NCBI GenBank assembly: GCA_964016885.1 | Contig: OZ024745.1 | Coordinates: forward strand, 30,256,001 to 30,320,000 | From: Eledone cirrhosa | Lineage: Eukaryota | DNA length: 64,000 nucleotides | Direction: 5' to 3' | Shown: piece after piece, positions 61,284 to 64,000 of the stretch | How the letters are laid out: each line of letters opens with the position of its first letter | Numbering within the stretch: the first letter of the stretch is position 1 | Made by a program: the position numbers and the translations under genes | Notes under the pieces: model-generated | What the model was told of the DNA's origin: nothing | Database searches by the model: none | Seen by the model: only the letters and a program-made list of their open reading frames with translations

Positions 61284-63686
61284 TTAACTGTATACTTTGT
61301 GAAAAGTCCTATGGAATTTATGCAGGCAGATAGAAAATAAATCTGTACGTCTATTTATTATAGAATCTAGGTTAGAGATAATGGTAAATTTTTCATTTAG
61401 GCAGAGATTACAGATTTTAGATAGAGAGCTGTTCAAGTATGAGGATGCAGAAGAAACCTTCTTCCAAAAGATGGTATATTTAATGTTTTTGTCTTTTAAG
61501 GACCATATGAGTTCTGAGAGAGCAGTGTTGGTTCTTTTAAGTTTGTATTTGAAAGATGAATGATGATTATAGAGACGAGCTTTAAAAGAGGTGGAAGTGG
61601 AGCCAAAATAGGTGAAGGAATTGGTGCTAGTTATAATTTTACATTCATAAATTAAGTTTTTATCGAGACAATGGTTGTTGAGAGGACATTTATTTTTAAT
61701 GCGGCAGTTGCAATTAGAGAGATTATTAATGAGTGACCTAGTGTTATCTATAGAAGGAATTGGATTGGAGAAGTTGTTTGCGATAGGAATAATAGGAATA
61801 ATAGTTTCTTGATTTAGAGTTGGATTATGAACATTTAGCGAAGTTGTGTTTGACGTTGTATTTGGGTTTACAGAAGTTAGCCTAGGGTTTACAATGACGT
61901 CGGGAGTACTATTACTGTTATTATGAAATTCAATGTTGGAAGGAAGAGATTTAGTATTTAGTATTTTATTGTTGTGTTTAGAGATGATGTTGGAAATATT
62001 GGAGGATGTAGAATAAGAAAATTTGATGGTGTGTTTGTTAAATATTTTACTATAGATATGTGAGGGAGGGAAGCATTTATTTAAGGCACTAAAAAATAAT
62101 TTAGGAATATTGTTATTAATAGAGATGGAGGAAGGAGCATTATACCAGATTATGTTTTTGTATCTAGGTCTTTTATTAAAATTATTGGAATGATCATGAT
62201 TAATTATTCTACTGTAAGTTTTTCTAGAATTTGTTTCTTTACTATATTTGATTTTATCTGGATAGCCGGCTTTAGAAAGTGCGTTATTATAGTAATTGGC
62301 GTTAGCATCAAAGATGTTTTTATTAGAGGATATGTTAGATATTCTTTTTCCAATATTACTAACTATAGCATTCTTGATATTGGTAGGATGGTTAGATTTA
62401 AAGTTAACATAATTTAGGTTCTCATTGTTTTTATGGTAAGGGTAATATAGGCCAGTGTCAAGATTAAGAGATACATCCAAGAAATTAGCTAGTTTGATAC
62501 TATTATCAAATTCAATTTTTAGGTTATGTTGGTTAAAGAGATTACGTATATTGTTCTTAATAATATTAAGGTTAACTATATTGCAATTTAGGATAGTAAA
62601 GAGCCCATCGTCACGATAAATTCCACCGCGAAGTTGAGGAATTTTCCGACTCAAAGAGTTCAAAATGAAGATACCAATTAAATCAGTCAATTGGGATGAA
62701 TCGGATGCTCCCATTGTGATGTCGAAGTTGTTAGAGGTATCGGCTCTGGTCCAATATTCGTTGTTGAACTCTAGGATGGTTTTACGTGCGGTGAGGATGA
62801 TGTGAAGTTCATCTGTGGTGATGTCAGAATATTTAAGTGCGAAAGATAGAGCATTATTGAGAAGTGAAGGCGAAATGGAGGAATAGTAGCTGGCAATATC
62901 AAATTGAATAAATTTTAGTTTGTTTTTATTATCCAATTTGTTGAACCAGCCAATCACCTCAGAAGTACCAAACCATAAATTTAGGTTCAAAGAAGAGCAA
63001 TTAGAACTAACCTGTGGGATAATTCTATCCAAGATGGCTTTACTAACAACCCCCAGATCAGATTTAGAGGGGGCGATTAATCTAACAGGTAGTTCAGTGC
63101 GAAAATTGTTTTTGTGATCCTTGAGATTTATCCTCGGAGTTCTTGGGAGGAATGGTTCGGTCTTTTTTTCAATGCCAAGTTTTGACATAATCTCAGAGGC
63201 TTCAAGGTTTATGTATTCTAAATTTTCATGGTTGGTTTTACGATACTTTTTCCTAAGTTCCTTTAGGATAAGGTTGTTATAATTATCCTTGGAAATACCA
63301 TATAAGTTATTGGTTTTGTCAGAGTGGACTAAAACATTTTTTGAGGAATTTAGGTTAGAGATTGTGTTCTTGAGATTTAAAAGGTGCTCTTGTCCTTTGT
63401 AAGGGTATCTCTTGAATTTAAGATTTTTTATTATTTTAGTTAATTCTTCCTCGAATTGTACTAGATTTTTGTTGGAAGGAGGATTTCGTCTAGAATTAAA
63501 AAGATGATCGAGGAAGTTATGTTCTTTGGTATGGAAGTTCCCTTTTAGGCGCTGGTCATAGAAATAGGCTGTCCATCTAAGTCTTCTTACGAAGGAGTCA
63601 GTTTTTTCAATAAGAAGTTTGGTGAATTCAGATTTACCAGGTATAGGAATGTCTTTAGTTGAATTGGTTATGTTGTAATAATCCAT
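61284..63686 (-). CDS. Intact Penelope-like element (PLE) ORF, RT + GIY-YIG endonuclease, Naiad-type, ~800 aa from the ATG at 63686
   Basis: Motifs STKDIPIP, SDKTNN, FDIASYYSSI, ITMGASDSSQL, YRDDG, FLDVSL; linker CNCRIKNKC (CxCx5C); LIY...YFG...FKARLYNH endonuclease; uninterrupted frame ending TAA. Confidence 0.92.
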   Translation of the reverse strand: MDYYNITNSTKDIPIPGKSEFTKLLIEKTDSFVRRLRWTAYFYDQRLKGNFHTKEHNFLDHLFNSRRNPPSNKNLVQFEEELTKIIKNLKFKRYPYKGQEHLLNLKNTISNLNSSKNVLVHSDKTNNLYGISKDNYNNLILKELRKKYRKTNHENLEYINLEASEIMSKLGIEKKTEPFLPRTPRINLKDHKNNFRTELPVRLIAPSKSDLGVVSKAILDRIIPQVSSNCSSLNLNLWFGTSEVIGWFNKLDNKNKLKFIQFDIASYYSSISPSLLNNALSFALKYSDITTDELHIILTARKTILEFNNEYWTRADTSNNFDITMGASDSSQLTDLIGIFILNSLSRKIPQLRGGIYRDDGLFTILNCNIVNLNIIKNNIRNLFNQHNLKIEFDNSIKLANFLDVSLNLDTGLYYPYHKNNENLNYVNFKSNHPTNIKNAIVSNIGKRISNISSNKNIFDANANYYNNALSKAGYPDKIKYSKETNSRKTYSRIINHDHSNNFNKRPRYKNIIWYNAPSSISINNNIPKLFFSALNKCFPPSHIYSKIFNKHTIKFSYSTSSNISNIISKHNNKILNTKSLPSNIEFHNNSNSTPDVIVNPRLTSVNPNTTSNTTSLNVHNPTLNQETIIPIIPIANNFSNPIPSIDNTRSLINNLSNCNCRIKNKCPLNNHCLDKNLIYECKIITSTNSFTYFGSTSTSFKARLYNHHSSFKYKLKRTNTALSELIWSLKDKNIKYTIFWKKVSSASSYLNSSLSKICNLCLNEKFTIISNLDSIINRRTDLFSICLHKFHRTFHKVYS

Positions 63687-64000
63687 GTTGTAGAAGAAGA
63701 GGTGAAGGACCATCAAAAGGTATCCAATATGAGAGTAAGCGCTCAACCGTTAAGGAGCAAGTTAATGTAGGAGGTGAGTTTTATTGTAGTACAATAAAGC
63801 AATGCAGATATCGGATAAGAAGCACTCTACAGTTTATATATATATATGGAAAACTTGGATTGGGAGACCCAGGAAAACCTGGGATTAATTTATAAAAGCT
63901 GACCATGCCCAATTGCACCTCTCAAAGACGATGACATTGGACCAAGACCTCTGGTGTTATTCCGGTGGATGGCTAATAGTAATGTACATAAACAGCAAAG

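Larger units (their letters stand above)
60150..63835 (-). mobile_element. Near full-length Naiad-type PLE inserted in (TA)n
   Basis: ORF plus ~1.1 kb 3' region with hammerhead; empty paralogous sites at ~10206-10228 and ~27746-27770. Confidence 0.85.

Noticed and set aside
61284-63746. Possible selenoprotein (UGA-recoded) Naiad ORF
   Set aside because: No in-frame TGA at conserved Cys positions here or in the endonuclease fragments at ~6105-6535, ~43650 and ~49600
63687-63746. TTG-initiated 20-aa N-terminal extension of the PLE ORF
   Set aside because: Eukaryotic context; similarity to PLE N-termini begins after the ATG at 63686

Overview
AT-rich eukaryotic DNA, probably octopus or another cephalopod (inferred from (TA)n/(CA)n density, RTE LINEs with (GAT)n tails and tRNA-derived SINEs). 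The main structure, which the ORF track misses, is a minus-strand array of 20 homologous 45/48/51-nt microexons. All have YAG/GTAYGT splice sites, are symmetric phase 1-1 and stop-free. They form a 9-exon higher-order repeat (447 nt, 149 aa) tandemly duplicated with a ~26-28 kb period; about 2.3 units lie in the window and the gene continues past both ends. Each exon encodes a 15-17 aa module like E-x-L-x-A-A-K-K-E-G-(M/V)-L-T-P-E-E. The introns hold 5'-truncated RTE LINEs (PHD-type finger inside the RT), SINEs, foldback MITEs and Penelope-like elements (PLEs): one intact Naiad-type ORF, one decayed Neptune-type copy and several fragments. About 13 candidate type I hammerhead ribozymes are present. 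Everything was read by eye, so transposon boundaries are approximate.
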